DNA of 64,000 nucleotides from an uncultured Planctomycetia bacterium (GTDB lineage Bacteria > Omnitrophota > Gorgyraeia > 2-01-FULL-45-10 > JAHFGN01), in assembly GCA_964354545.1 (NCBI GenBank), contig CAYHAE010000005.1, forward strand, positions 12,414 to 76,413. Direction: 5' to 3'. Made by a program: the position numbers and the translations under genes. The notes under the pieces are model-generated. The model saw nothing but the letters and a program-made list of their open reading frames with translations. It ran no database searches and was not told where the DNA came from. Of the stretch, positions 39,806 through 49,722 are shown piece by piece (within the stretch, counting starts at the first letter, position 1; every line of letters begins with the position of its first letter).

Positions 39806-40573
39806 ATGGATCTAAAGACAAGGCTCAAGGCAGGCGGGGTGACGATAGGTTCCTGGGTCACGCTTTACCATACATCCATCGCGGAGATAATGGCAAAGGC
39901 AGGATTTGATTGGCTCACGGTGGATATGGAGCACTCCTCGATAACGCTCGATCAGGCCCAGCATCTCATACAGGTGATAGAGCTTTCAGGCATCGCGCCC
40001 CTGGTGCGCGTTGGCGAGAATGACGCCGCGCTCATAAAGAGGGTGATGGACTCGGGCGCACACGGCGTCATCGTCCCTATGGTGAATACGAAGGACGATG
40101 CCCTGAGGGCCGTCTCTTCGGTGAGGTACCCTCCGCGGGGCACGCGGGGGGTAGGGCTTGCGAGGGCCCAGGGCTATGGGTTCGAGTTCCAGAAGTACAA
40201 GACATGGGCGAATAAGGGAACCATCCTCATCGTCCAAATAGAACACATCAACGCGGTGGAGAACCTCGATGAAATACTGGCGGTTGACGGCGTCGATGGC
40301 TTTATCGTGGGACCCTACGACCTCTCGGGTTCCATGGGAGTCCCGGGAGAGCTGGGGCACCCAAAAGTAAGGAGCGCTCTCAAAAGGATAATGACGGTCG
40401 CGAGACGCCATAAGGCGGTGCCGGGATTTCACATCGTCCCTCCCGATCCCGCACTCGCGGCGGAGAAGATAAGGGAAGGTTACCGTTTCCTCGGGCTTAG
40501 CTTCGACGCGTACTTTTTGGGAACGATGTGCAGGGAAGGGCTCTCCATGATAAGGAAGAAGGTGAGGAGATGA
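39806..40573 (+). CDS. HpcH/HpaI-family class II pyruvate aldolase
   Basis: FDWLTVDMEHS, LVRV, YPPRGTRGVG, VQIEH, VGPYDLS; RBS AGAGGAG. Confidence 0.9.
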   Translation: MDLKTRLKAGGVTIGSWVTLYHTSIAEIMAKAGFDWLTVDMEHSSITLDQAQHLIQVIELSGIAPLVRVGENDAALIKRVMDSGAHGVIVPMVNTKDDALRAVSSVRYPPRGTRGVGLARAQGYGFEFQKYKTWANKGTILIVQIEHINAVENLDEILAVDGVDGFIVGPYDLSGSMGVPGELGHPKVRSALKRIMTVARRHKAVPGFHIVPPDPALAAEKIREGYRFLGLSFDAYFLGTMCREGLSMIRKKVRR

Positions 40574-41355
40574 GGACCGTAGGGATCATACCGGCGCGCA
40601 TGGCATCGACTCGCTTTCCCGGAAAGCCGCTCGCGAGGATATGCGGCATCCCCATGATAGGCCATGTCTACGCGAGGAGCGCGATGTCACGGAACCTCGA
40701 CGCGGCCTACATTGCGACGTGCGACAAGGAGATCGCGGACTACGCCTCTTCAATAGGCTGCACGCCGATCATGACAGCCGTGACGCACGAACGGGCATCC
40801 GACAGGGCAGCGGAGGCCATGCTCGCCATAGAGCGCATGACGGGGACGAGGGTGGACATCGCGGTGATGGTCCAGGGCGATGAACCCCTGCTCTATCCCG
40901 AGATGATCGACGAAGCGATAAGGCCGATGCGGGAGGATCGTTCGGTCCGGGTGGTGAACCTGATGTCTGCGCTGCGGTCGAAAGAGGAGCAAGGCGACCC
41001 CAACATCGTGAAGGTAGTCGCCGACCTCAAGGGCGATGCGCTCTATTTTTCGAGAGAGCCCATCCCTTCTGGAAAGAAGGTGAAGGGCGAGGCCGGGTGC
41101 GCATATAAACAAGTGGCCATCATACCGTTCAGGCGCGATTCTCTTTTAAGTTTCTATGAGCTGGAGCCCACGCCGCTCGAGGCCGTCGAATCCGTCGATA
41201 TGCTGCGGTTCTTAGAGCACGGACATAGGGTAAGGATGGTGGTGACGAAATTCGAGACCTGCGGCGTCGATACGCCGGAGGACCTGAAGAAGGTAGAGAA
41301 GTTGATGGAGCGCGATCCGCTCTTTTTGAAGTACAGGGAGACCGTGTTGAAATGA
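40570..41355 (+). CDS. kdsB: KdsB-like 3-deoxy-ulosonate cytidylyltransferase
   Basis: [46 protein letters not shown]. Confidence 0.8.
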   Translation: MRTVGIIPARMASTRFPGKPLARICGIPMIGHVYARSAMSRNLDAAYIATCDKEIADYASSIGCTPIMTAVTHERASDRAAEAMLAIERMTGTRVDIAVMVQGDEPLLYPEMIDEAIRPMREDRSVRVVNLMSALRSKEEQGDPNIVKVVADLKGDALYFSREPIPSGKKVKGEAGCAYKQVAIIPFRRDSLLSFYELEPTPLEAVESVDMLRFLEHGHRVRMVVTKFETCGVDTPEDLKKVEKLMERDPLFLKYRETVLK

Positions 41356-41963
41356 GAAGCCGAATCCGCACGATCATAAAGATCCTCATAGGGGAGATCG
41401 AAGAATGGTGGGTGCACCTCTTTATTCAGAATATACCGGGGAGAGCGGGCCTTGTGATAAGGAGGTTCTGGTGGCGCGGCAGACTACGCGAATCTTCCGT
41501 ATTCTCCCTGTATCCGGAGTGCGTGATCACGGGCGCCGAGAGGATCTCCATGGGGAAGGACGTGATCGTATCCCGCCGCACGTGTCTCTATGCGCACGAT
41601 GACGGCGTGATCGCGATCGGGAACAGGGCCAGTTTCAATAGCGGCGTTATCGTGAGCGCGGCAGACGGCGGCCGGGTCACCATCGGCAGCAACGTCCTTG
41701 TCGGGCCCAATGTCGTGATGCGTTCGCGCAATCACGTCCACTCGAGAAAGGACATCCCCATTCGCGACCAGGGGCACATGGGAGGCCCGATCGTAATAGG
41801 CGACGATGTGTGGATCGGCGCGAACGCCGTCATACTGCCTGACGTGACTATAGGCAGCGGCGCCGTGATAGGAGCAGGGGCGGTGGTGACGAAAGACGTG
41901 CCGGGGTATGCGCTCGCGGGCGGAGTGCCCGCGAAGGTCATACGTGAGGATTGTAGAAAGTAA
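41352..41963 (+). CDS. Hexapeptide-repeat O-acyltransferase
   Basis: NHVH...[30 protein letters not shown]. Confidence 0.85.
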   Translation: MRSRIRTIIKILIGEIEEWWVHLFIQNIPGRAGLVIRRFWWRGRLRESSVFSLYPECVITGAERISMGKDVIVSRRTCLYAHDDGVIAIGNRASFNSGVIVSAADGGRVTIGSNVLVGPNVVMRSRNHVHSRKDIPIRDQGHMGGPIVIGDDVWIGANAVILPDVTIGSGAVIGAGAVVTKDVPGYALAGGVPAKVIREDCRK

Positions 41964-41979
41964 ACGATCGAGGTCATGT

Positions 41980-43047
41980 ATGAAGAAAGAGATCTATAAT
42001 GTGGGGATTGCCGGGTACGGTGTTGTGGGGAAGAGGCGGAGGGAGTTCATAGACAGGCATCCGAACCTGAAGACGACAGCCGTCTGTGACCAGTATTTCA
42101 AGACGTCCGGTGTCCTGCCCGACGGCGTGCGCTTTCATCCGCACTATAGCTCGCTCCTCAAAGAAGACATCGACGTATTGTTCGTGAGCCTCCCGAACTA
42201 TCTTGCCAGCGAGGTGACGATCGCCGGCCTCGAACGAGGAATACACGTATTCTGTGAAAAGCCGCCGGGACGAGATCTCCGGGATATCGAGCAGGTCATC
42301 GAGGCGGAGAAGCGCCATCCGGGTATCCTTCTCAAGTATGGATTCAATCACCGATATCACGATTCCGTGCGCGAGGCGCTTCGTATCGTGAGGTCCGGCG
42401 AACTCGGCGAGATCGTGAATTTGCGTGGCGTGTACGGCAAGAGCAAGATCATCCCGTTCTCGGGAGGCTGGCGCGCGGAGAGGAAGTACTCAGGAGGCGG
42501 GATCCTCCTCGACCAGGGTATCCACATGGTGGACCTCATGCGCCTCTTCTGCGGGGATTTTGTGGAGGTGAAGAGCTATGTCTCCAACAACTATTGGAAG
42601 CACGATGTCGAAGACAACGCCTATGCGCTCATGAAAGACGCGAAGGGCAGGATCGCATTCCTCCATTCAAGCGCCACGCAGTGGCAGCACCGTTTTGCCC
42701 TGGAGATCGCGTTCACCGAAGGTTATGTGGAATTACAGGGCATCCTGTCGGGCTCCAAGAGTTATGGCGAGGAGAAGCTGGTCAAGGGGAGACGGGATGA
42801 GTCAGAAACGGGCACTGCCAAGGAAGAGGCGATTACGTACCTCGAGGACAACTCATGGCGCGACGAGATAAACGAATTTGCCGACGCGATCGTGAGCGGC
42901 ACCCCGATCGAGTTCGGCACGAGCCGGGAGGCGCTCGACACGATGAGGCTCGTCTACACGATCTACTGGTCAGATCCTGAATGGCGCAAGAAGTTCGCCA
43001 TCGAAAACCCCGGCCGCGCCATGGTCGGGGACACAGCGAGGGTATAG
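41980..43047 (+). CDS. Gfo/Idh/MocA-family oxidoreductase
   Basis: GIAGYGVVG, FCEKPP, GFNHRY, GGGILLDQGIHMVD. Confidence 0.87.
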   Translation: MKKEIYNVGIAGYGVVGKRRREFIDRHPNLKTTAVCDQYFKTSGVLPDGVRFHPHYSSLLKEDIDVLFVSLPNYLASEVTIAGLERGIHVFCEKPPGRDLRDIEQVIEAEKRHPGILLKYGFNHRYHDSVREALRIVRSGELGEIVNLRGVYGKSKIIPFSGGWRAERKYSGGGILLDQGIHMVDLMRLFCGDFVEVKSYVSNNYWKHDVEDNAYALMKDAKGRIAFLHSSATQWQHRFALEIAFTEGYVELQGILSGSKSYGEEKLVKGRRDESETGTAKEEAITYLEDNSWRDEINEFADAIVSGTPIEFGTSREALDTMRLVYTIYWSDPEWRKKFAIENPGRAMVGDTARV

Positions 43048-43048
43048 A

Positions 43049-43717
43049 ATGGAGAAGAGACTGCTTTCGAATAAACTCACGGCCCTTTTTAACGAGAACA
43101 AGGACCGGAACGGGTACCTCAAGGGCTACTGCCGCTATCTTTCGGATTTGCTGGAAAAGATCGATTACGCATCGATCGAAGCGGTGATGGACTGCCTTGA
43201 AGATGCGCGCACGCGCTCCTCGATCATATTCTTCGCGGGCAACGGCGGCAGCGCTGCGACCGCGTCGCACTTTGCGCAGGACCTGGCGGAAGTAGGGAGG
43301 AAGACCGGGAAGGCCTGTTTCAAGACGATGAGCCTGGCCGACGGCGTCCCTGCCATGACCGCGATTGCGAACGATTACGGATACGACGCCGTCTTCACGG
43401 GGCAGATGTCGGGGCTCTTCAAGGAGCGCGATGTCCTCGTTGCGATCTCGGCGAGCGGGAACAGTCCCAACGTGGTCAAGGCGGTAGAGTATGCGAAGAC
43501 CCTGGGAGGGATCACGATAGGTATGGTGGGGTTCGACGGCGGAAAGCTCGCGCGGATGTGCGACCACGTGATCCACGTCAAGACCCAGTGGGGCGAATAC
43601 GGTCCCGTCGAGGACATCCACCTCGTCTTGGATCATATGATCACGTCCTATTTCGTATTGCAGGGATCCCGCCGGGGCAAGGAGAAGAAGCCGGCCGGCA
43701 CTACGGGGGTCAGATGA
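43049..43717 (+). CDS. SIS-domain sugar-phosphate isomerase (GmhA-like)
   Basis: GNGGSAATASH, TAIANDYGY, ISASGNSPNV, VEDIHL. Confidence 0.85.
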   Translation: MEKRLLSNKLTALFNENKDRNGYLKGYCRYLSDLLEKIDYASIEAVMDCLEDARTRSSIIFFAGNGGSAATASHFAQDLAEVGRKTGKACFKTMSLADGVPAMTAIANDYGYDAVFTGQMSGLFKERDVLVAISASGNSPNVVKAVEYAKTLGGITIGMVGFDGGKLARMCDHVIHVKTQWGEYGPVEDIHLVLDHMITSYFVLQGSRRGKEKKPAGTTGVR

Positions 43718-44478
43718 ACCAAAATGAGCGGCGCTACTTCAGCGAGAAAGAACTCGAGCTCTATGATGCCACGTCGCTGCCGCTTTCGTATCTTGTGAAG
43801 TCACTGTGGGTCAAGATGCGCAGGCAGACATGGGGCCGGTTCACCGATCGGGGCGCGAGGTTCGTGTGGACTGCAAGCGCGGTGAGCGATGCGACAGGGC
43901 CGGCCGATAATGTCAGGAATTACGTCGAGCGGGAGAATGTCCGCTCGATGCTAAAAAAGGTTGTCCGGAACTATCCCGTTAATTCCGCATGCGAAGTGGG
44001 ATGCGGATACGGCCGGCTCACCATGGTCTTGAAAGAGTTTACGCAAAAGGTTGCAGGTTTTGAGCGAGAAAAGATCTTGGTTGATATTGCCAAACCCCTC
44101 TTGCCCGCGATAGAGTTTTACCACGTCGAGTCTCTCGACAAGATCTCCGAGCTTGGTATGCAGCCCTTTGATTTTGTGATGATGTGCACGGTCCTGCAGC
44201 ACCTTACTGACGATTTTTGTCAGAAGGTCATCGAGGATATTAAACGGCTTGCCCCCATGGGGCACGTCTTATTAATTGAAAAGACCGAGCCGATCGCAAT
44301 TACAGCAAATACAAAGGACGACACGTCGTTCATCAGCCGGGACCGTTCCGTCGAGACATATACCATGTTGATGAACCCGTTTAAATTAGCCGCGACGGCA
44401 AAACGCATGGCGGAACCAACGTATTTCAATCCCCATCCCGGAACATGTATGTTGTTTAAGAGCCCTTTATTAAAATGA
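43714..44478 (+). CDS. Class I SAM-dependent methyltransferase
   Basis: CEVGCGYGRL, FDFVMMCTVLQH; ATGA overlap. Confidence 0.75.
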   Translation: MNQNERRYFSEKELELYDATSLPLSYLVKSLWVKMRRQTWGRFTDRGARFVWTASAVSDATGPADNVRNYVERENVRSMLKKVVRNYPVNSACEVGCGYGRLTMVLKEFTQKVAGFEREKILVDIAKPLLPAIEFYHVESLDKISELGMQPFDFVMMCTVLQHLTDDFCQKVIEDIKRLAPMGHVLLIEKTEPIAITANTKDDTSFISRDRSVETYTMLMNPFKLAATAKRMAEPTYFNPHPGTCMLFKSPLLK

Positions 44479-45398
44479 AGATCATGGACGGGAAAAAGAT
44501 AGTGATAGGGCCGTCTACCTTCGGCGAGACGGACCGTAGGCCTCTCGAGAGATTATGCGATGCGGGTTATGATGTCGTCGAAAATCCGTTTAAACGGAAG
44601 TTGACAAAAGAAGAATTGATCGGCCTGCTCAGCGATAAAGTGGTCGGGCTGATAGCCGGGCTGGAGACCGTTGACCGGGAGGTGATGGAAAAATCAAAAT
44701 TGAAGGTTGTCTCCCGCTGCGGTTCAGGCATGTCCAATGTTGATGCACAGGCGGCGAGGGAGCTGGGCATCAGAGTTTATTCCACGCCCGATTCCCCCAC
44801 CGCGGCCGTCGCAGAGCTCACGATGTGCGCGCTCCTCTCGCTCGTGCGTTCATTCCCTCACATGAACTACTCAATGCATCAACGTAAGTGGGGGAAACGT
44901 ATAGGTGTTCAGCTAAGCGGCAAAAACATCGCGATCATAGGATTCGGCAGAATAGGCCGAAAGGTGGCCCAGCTCGTGAGGGCATTCGGTGCGCATGTAG
45001 TCGCTGTTGACCCCGCGCTTTCAGGCACAATAGACGGTGTAACGGTTGTCGATTGTGACACTGCCCTGAAGAAAGCCGATATCGTTGCCCTCCACGCAAG
45101 CGGAGACCGGCCCCTGCTCGGTGAACGCGAATTTAAACTATTGAAAAAGGGAGCGTATGTGCTCAATGCGGCACGAGGCGGGTTGATCGACGAGAAGGAG
45201 CTCGCGAAGGCTATTGACAGGGGACAGGTGGCCGGTGCATGGCTGGATACGTTTGCCGAAGAACCCTATACGGGGCCTCTGTGCGACTACGAGAACGTTA
45301 TTCTGACCCCACATGTCGGTTCTTATACTCTGGAGTGCAGGCGGCAGATGGAATTGGAATCGGTGAAAAATCTCCTCGCGGGGCTTCACAATGAATAA
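44475..45398 (+). CDS. D-isomer 2-hydroxyacid dehydrogenase (SerA-like, no ACT domain)
   Basis: SRCGSGMSNVD, IGFGRIG, NAARGGLIDE, LDTFAEEP, TPHVGS. Confidence 0.87.
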   Translation: MKIMDGKKIVIGPSTFGETDRRPLERLCDAGYDVVENPFKRKLTKEELIGLLSDKVVGLIAGLETVDREVMEKSKLKVVSRCGSGMSNVDAQAARELGIRVYSTPDSPTAAVAELTMCALLSLVRSFPHMNYSMHQRKWGKRIGVQLSGKNIAIIGFGRIGRKVAQLVRAFGAHVVAVDPALSGTIDGVTVVDCDTALKKADIVALHASGDRPLLGEREFKLLKKGAYVLNAARGGLIDEKELAKAIDRGQVAGAWLDTFAEEPYTGPLCDYENVILTPHVGSYTLECRRQMELESVKNLLAGLHNE

Positions 45399-46176
45399 AA
45401 GACAGATATCTCCACGAGGGCTTGAGGATCTTCTGGGCCTGGCACAAAAGACGGCAAAGGAGGCGTTTAGAGCGATCGCGGGCGATCTCGCTATGACGAG
45501 GGCGATCGAGAGCGAAGCGAGGCGCGATATTAAAGTCGTGGCGGATAAGAAGCTCGAGGGGCTTATTATTCAAAGACTGAGAAAGGCGTCCGGCTTTTCT
45601 ATTTTTTCAGAGGAAAGCGGTGCGTTTTCCGGCGCGTCAGGCTGCGGGGATTTCAGGTGGATCATCGACCCTCTGGACGGGAGTTTCAATTTTTCCCGAG
45701 GCATCCCCATGTGCTGTATTTCCATCGCCCTCTGGCGCGGCATGCACCCATTTCTCGGCGTGGTCTATGATTTCAATCGAGATGAAACCTTCGCCGGTAT
45801 AGACGGTAAAGGCGCGTGGCTCAACGGCAGGCCGATCAGGGTAAGCGACGTCGCCAAGACATCGAAGGCTGTCGTATGCACAGGCTTTCCGATAAGTACG
45901 GATTTCTCCAAAGAAGGCCTCGAGCATTTTGTCCGGACTGTAAAAAGATTCAAGAAAATCCGTATGCTCGGCTCCGCGGCCCTTTCACTGGCATACGTCT
46001 CCTGCGGCAAGGCGGATTGTTACCAGGAAGATGATATAAGGATATGGGACGTTGCCGCCGGCATAGTTTTGGTAAAGGCGGCAGGCGGTACGATTAAGAT
46101 GAGGCCTTCCGGCAAGGAAAACGCATTTCATGTAAGGGCGGCGGGCAACCGCTCCCTCTTTACTGATGGTGAATAA
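45391..46176 (+). CDS. Inositol monophosphatase-family sugar phosphatase
   Basis: SEE, WIIDPLDGSFNF, GSAALSL, WDVAAG. Confidence 0.88.
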   Translation: MNKRQISPRGLEDLLGLAQKTAKEAFRAIAGDLAMTRAIESEARRDIKVVADKKLEGLIIQRLRKASGFSIFSEESGAFSGASGCGDFRWIIDPLDGSFNFSRGIPMCCISIALWRGMHPFLGVVYDFNRDETFAGIDGKGAWLNGRPIRVSDVAKTSKAVVCTGFPISTDFSKEGLEHFVRTVKRFKKIRMLGSAALSLAYVSCGKADCYQEDDIRIWDVAAGIVLVKAAGGTIKMRPSGKENAFHVRAAGNRSLFTDGE

Positions 46177-48163
46177 TATGAAATCGAACTCACATACAGA
46201 AAGGCCTCGCGCAGATAACGCCCTATGGGTGTGCTGGGAAGAACCGACACCGTTGCCGGATGAGAACGCGACCATAGTAAGCTTTTTGCGGCCGGGCAGG
46301 GAAGACGCGTTGAGGAAGAATTTCAAGGGAACTTTGATCTCGGCACGCGAGAATGCGCCTCGCGTGAAAGAAAAGGCTCGCGCGATCTACATAAACCTCA
46401 TCGCCAGGATCGGCGCGACTGCCCTTGGAGACGGGGGTACATTACGAAAGGTGCTTGAAAACGATGACGGTGTCAGCCTCTGGTGGTTTCACAAGGTCTC
46501 CGAGAGGGATTGCGAGAGCGACGCGACCTTCAGGCTGATCACGGAGATATTGATCATACGCTCTGTGGCTGATTCGATGAAGTGCAAAGACATGTTTTTG
46601 TGCGGCGGCTGCAAAGAGGTAGCGCAGGTCCTAGGCGATCTCTATCTCATAAAGGAGATCCACTGTAAGCGGATGTATCCATCCGGCTGCTATATCGCGA
46701 AAGGAGCGCTGTCGAGAATAAAGTATTTTTGGCAGTTCCTATCAAAGTGGATGGCCGTGAAGCGCGCGGTCAAAAGCCTGCCCAGGAACCATTTCGACGC
46801 GGTATTTTCCGGATTCTGGGATTGGAGCGTGAGGGAGGAAAAAGAGACGGGCAGGCTGAATGACCGCTTTTTTAAATCGTTGCCGCAGAAACTGGCCGAA
46901 AAGGGTCTTGTGACAGGGTGGTTTCTATGGTTTGACCCTCACCGCGAGCCCGGCTCCGCGACCCGGAGCATGCGCGATGTTTTGATGCCGGTCGGCCGCC
47001 ACGACACTATGGTCATACTGCAGCGATTTATCACGTTCACCGATGTGGTGCAGGCGCTCATTAACCTTAAGGGCCTGTGCGTATTTTTACGTTTTTTGAG
47101 AGATAAGAATTTCCGCGGCGCTTTTCGTGAGGAGGGAATAAATTTTTTGCCCATCTTAAAAGTTCCTCTCGTGCACGGCTTTCTCAATTCAAGCATACCG
47201 CACCAGGAGCTGGTTTACCGCGCGTCTAAAAGGGCTTTTATGGCGTACAGGCCGGAGGTATCGATAAGCTTTTTGGAGCTGTTTTTACATTCGAGGGCGT
47301 TCTATTGCGGAGGGAGGAAGGGGTCTGCCGGCACGGTGCATTGCGCCGTTCAACATGCGAGCTACAGCCGCGAGAAGACATTTGCGGTGCTTCATCCCGA
47401 TAGCGAATACAGGGGGGAGCCGGATAGCTGCCCGGTGCCCGCCCCGGATTATGTATTTGCGATGGGGGACCTGGGCAGGGAGATCTTTATCGAAAGCGGT
47501 TTTCCGAAAGAGAAGGTTTTTCTCACGGGCTCACCGCGGTACGAGCACATTACGCAGGCCGGGAGATACCACCGCGACAAATGGGGAGATGTAAAAAACA
47601 TCCTCATGGTGACCACCCTCAATGTCGATCTAGAGATGGAGATGGTCGATGCCGTGTACGCTGCGACGGAGGGACTTTCCGGTGTAAAGCTATTTCTCAG
47701 GAGCCACCCCTTTGCGAGGATGGATGAGCATCCGGGCTTCCGCATCTATAAGGACAGGGTCCGCCACACTCAGGGGACGCTCGATGAAAACCTGAAAGAC
47801 GCCGACCTCATCATATTTTCTTACTCAACGGTTGCCGAGGAGGCCATAATAGCGGGCCTCCCTGCGTGGCAATGGTGTTCGACCTCCTACAACGGTTCCG
47901 TCTTCCGCGATATCAAGGTCGTCCCCTCGTTCTGCTCGGTTCGCGATCTGAGGGAATCGCTGAAGAAGTTCATCGAAGAACCGCGTTCGTTTATGCCCGA
48001 TATGGAAACAGGACAGGGTGTGGCGCGAAAATGTTTTTACGCAGCCGACGGAAAGGCGAGCGATAGGATCGCGGATATTGTGCACGGTTCAATGGGGCTA
48101 TTTTTCAATTCTCACACGGCCTCCGTCCGGGCTGGCAGCAAAGAAGAGGTGTATAGCCCGTGA
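46166..48163 (+). CDS. Large surface-carbohydrate biosynthesis protein, probable GT-B-like transferase
   Basis: SLWWFHKVSE, VQHA, TGSPRYE, LRSHP, STVAEEA, ADGKASDRI; start may be 46178. Confidence 0.55.
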   Translation: MVNNMKSNSHTERPRADNALWVCWEEPTPLPDENATIVSFLRPGREDALRKNFKGTLISARENAPRVKEKARAIYINLIARIGATALGDGGTLRKVLENDDGVSLWWFHKVSERDCESDATFRLITEILIIRSVADSMKCKDMFLCGGCKEVAQVLGDLYLIKEIHCKRMYPSGCYIAKGALSRIKYFWQFLSKWMAVKRAVKSLPRNHFDAVFSGFWDWSVREEKETGRLNDRFFKSLPQKLAEKGLVTGWFLWFDPHREPGSATRSMRDVLMPVGRHDTMVILQRFITFTDVVQALINLKGLCVFLRFLRDKNFRGAFREEGINFLPILKVPLVHGFLNSSIPHQELVYRASKRAFMAYRPEVSISFLELFLHSRAFYCGGRKGSAGTVHCAVQHASYSREKTFAVLHPDSEYRGEPDSCPVPAPDYVFAMGDLGREIFIESGFPKEKVFLTGSPRYEHITQAGRYHRDKWGDVKNILMVTTLNVDLEMEMVDAVYAATEGLSGVKLFLRSHPFARMDEHPGFRIYKDRVRHTQGTLDENLKDADLIIFSYSTVAEEAIIAGLPAWQWCSTSYNGSVFRDIKVVPSFCSVRDLRESLKKFIEEPRSFMPDMETGQGVARKCFYAADGKASDRIADIVHGSMGLFFNSHTASVRAGSKEEVYSP

Positions 48164-48197
48164 ACTTTTCCGATCGAACGGCCTTAAGGACACACGA

Positions 48198-49706
48198 ATG
48201 AGAGTGCTTTTCATAAATTTCAACCTTGGCTCTACCGCGGGGATAAACAATGGTATCGCGATCCTATCCGCGGTGTTAAAAGCAAAAGGACATCGGGTAG
48301 GGCTTCTTTTTCTGTGCGAAGAGCTCGGGTACAACTTTGATCTCTCCCGTATGCAGGGGGACGTAGAGGATTTCAAGCCGGATATCATAGGGATTTCTCT
48401 CATGGAGCCTCAGAGCAAATATATGGAGGAGTTCTGCAAGGATGCACGGCGTTATTATAAGGGATTCATAGTATGCGGCGGCCCGTATCCCACAATGGCG
48501 CCGGACGATGTCCTTTCTGTCAAAGACGTTGACGCCGTATGTGTCGGTGAAGGGGAGGGGGCTCTCGTCGATCTCGCCGAGGCGCTGGAGAGAGGCGAGG
48601 ACTATCGCCATATCAGGAATATATGGTCGAGGTCTGCCGAGGGCACGATCGTCAAGAACAGGCTCCGTCCCTTTGTCGATCTCGCGACATTGCCGCCTGA
48701 GGATAAAGAGCTCTTCGATATCGAAACGATCGTACGTGTGAAGAATTACCAGCTTGAGATGATGCTCGGCAGGGGTTGTATTTATCAATGCGCATACTGC
48801 ATCAACAAATCATATATCACGCGGTATCAAGACCTATGCGAAAGGCCCGTGGGACTCCGCGATTACGTGCGGGTAAAGGACGTTGATACGGTGATACAGG
48901 AGATCAAGGGAACAACGCGGCGCCATCCGACGATCAGGAAACTCGCTTTTATCGACGATAACTTCCTGATGTACGAGGGATTTCTCGAGGATTTCTGTCT
49001 TCACTACAAGGAAGAGGTGCGAGTGCCTTTCATGTGCAATGTGAATCCCATGTCGTTCACACAAAAGAAGGGTGCGCTTCTCAAGGAGGCGGGATGCGAT
49101 GACATACGTTTTGGGGTCGAAAGCGGGAGCGCGAGGATCAAGCGGGATATCATGAAACGGCACATTACAAACAGGAGCGTGGTGGAGGCGTTCAAGGCAG
49201 CCCGGGACCTCGGCCTCATGACGAGCTCTTTTAACATGATCGGCCTCCCCGGGGAGACGAAGGACGAGGTCTTCGAAACCATCCGGCTGAATGCAGCGAT
49301 CTTGCCTGACACGGTGAAGGTGATGACCTTCTATCCGTTCAAGAACACCCCCCTCTACGACAGGTGCGAGGAGCTCGGGCTGATAGATTACGAAAAGAAA
49401 CACGGGCTCGATAACTATGACACGGTAACGTGTTTGAAATTTCCTCCCGCACACCGGCTTTTTTTGAAGAAGATCCAGATCGTATTTAACGTATACCTTA
49501 ATCTGTTTCTCGGCGGCGAAACGGCGTCAGAATACGCGCCGCATGCACGAGAGATCGAGGAGATGGACGAGGAAAGGTGGGGTTCGTACGATTTCGATTC
49601 AGTCGACCGGGCACTCTCCGAAAAACTACGCAGGCGCGGGGTGGTGCATTATTCAAAATTCATGAACAGGAGCCTCGCGGTAAAATTTCCAAGCAAGCAC
49701 GTGTAG
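48198..49706 (+). CDS. B12-binding-domain radical SAM protein #4
   Basis: GIAILSAVLK, GGPYPT, GEGE, GRGCIYQCAYC, FGVESGS. Confidence 0.85.
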   Translation: MRVLFINFNLGSTAGINNGIAILSAVLKAKGHRVGLLFLCEELGYNFDLSRMQGDVEDFKPDIIGISLMEPQSKYMEEFCKDARRYYKGFIVCGGPYPTMAPDDVLSVKDVDAVCVGEGEGALVDLAEALERGEDYRHIRNIWSRSAEGTIVKNRLRPFVDLATLPPEDKELFDIETIVRVKNYQLEMMLGRGCIYQCAYCINKSYITRYQDLCERPVGLRDYVRVKDVDTVIQEIKGTTRRHPTIRKLAFIDDNFLMYEGFLEDFCLHYKEEVRVPFMCNVNPMSFTQKKGALLKEAGCDDIRFGVESGSARIKRDIMKRHITNRSVVEAFKAARDLGLMTSSFNMIGLPGETKDEVFETIRLNAAILPDTVKVMTFYPFKNTPLYDRCEELGLIDYEKKHGLDNYDTVTCLKFPPAHRLFLKKIQIVFNVYLNLFLGGETASEYAPHAREIEEMDEERWGSYDFDSVDRALSEKLRRRGVVHYSKFMNRSLAVKFPSKHV

Positions 49707-49722
49707 GCGCCCGAGGTGAAAT

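Noticed and set aside
43480-43491. GGCGGTAG as an RfaH ops element
   Set aside because: Inside a coding region and lacks the downstream TG of the consensus
43049-46176. gmhA, serA and suhB as housekeeping genes
   Set aside because: No hldE/gmhB or serC/serB nearby, the SerA-like protein lacks an ACT domain, and all are coupled within a sugar module, so symbols were withheld
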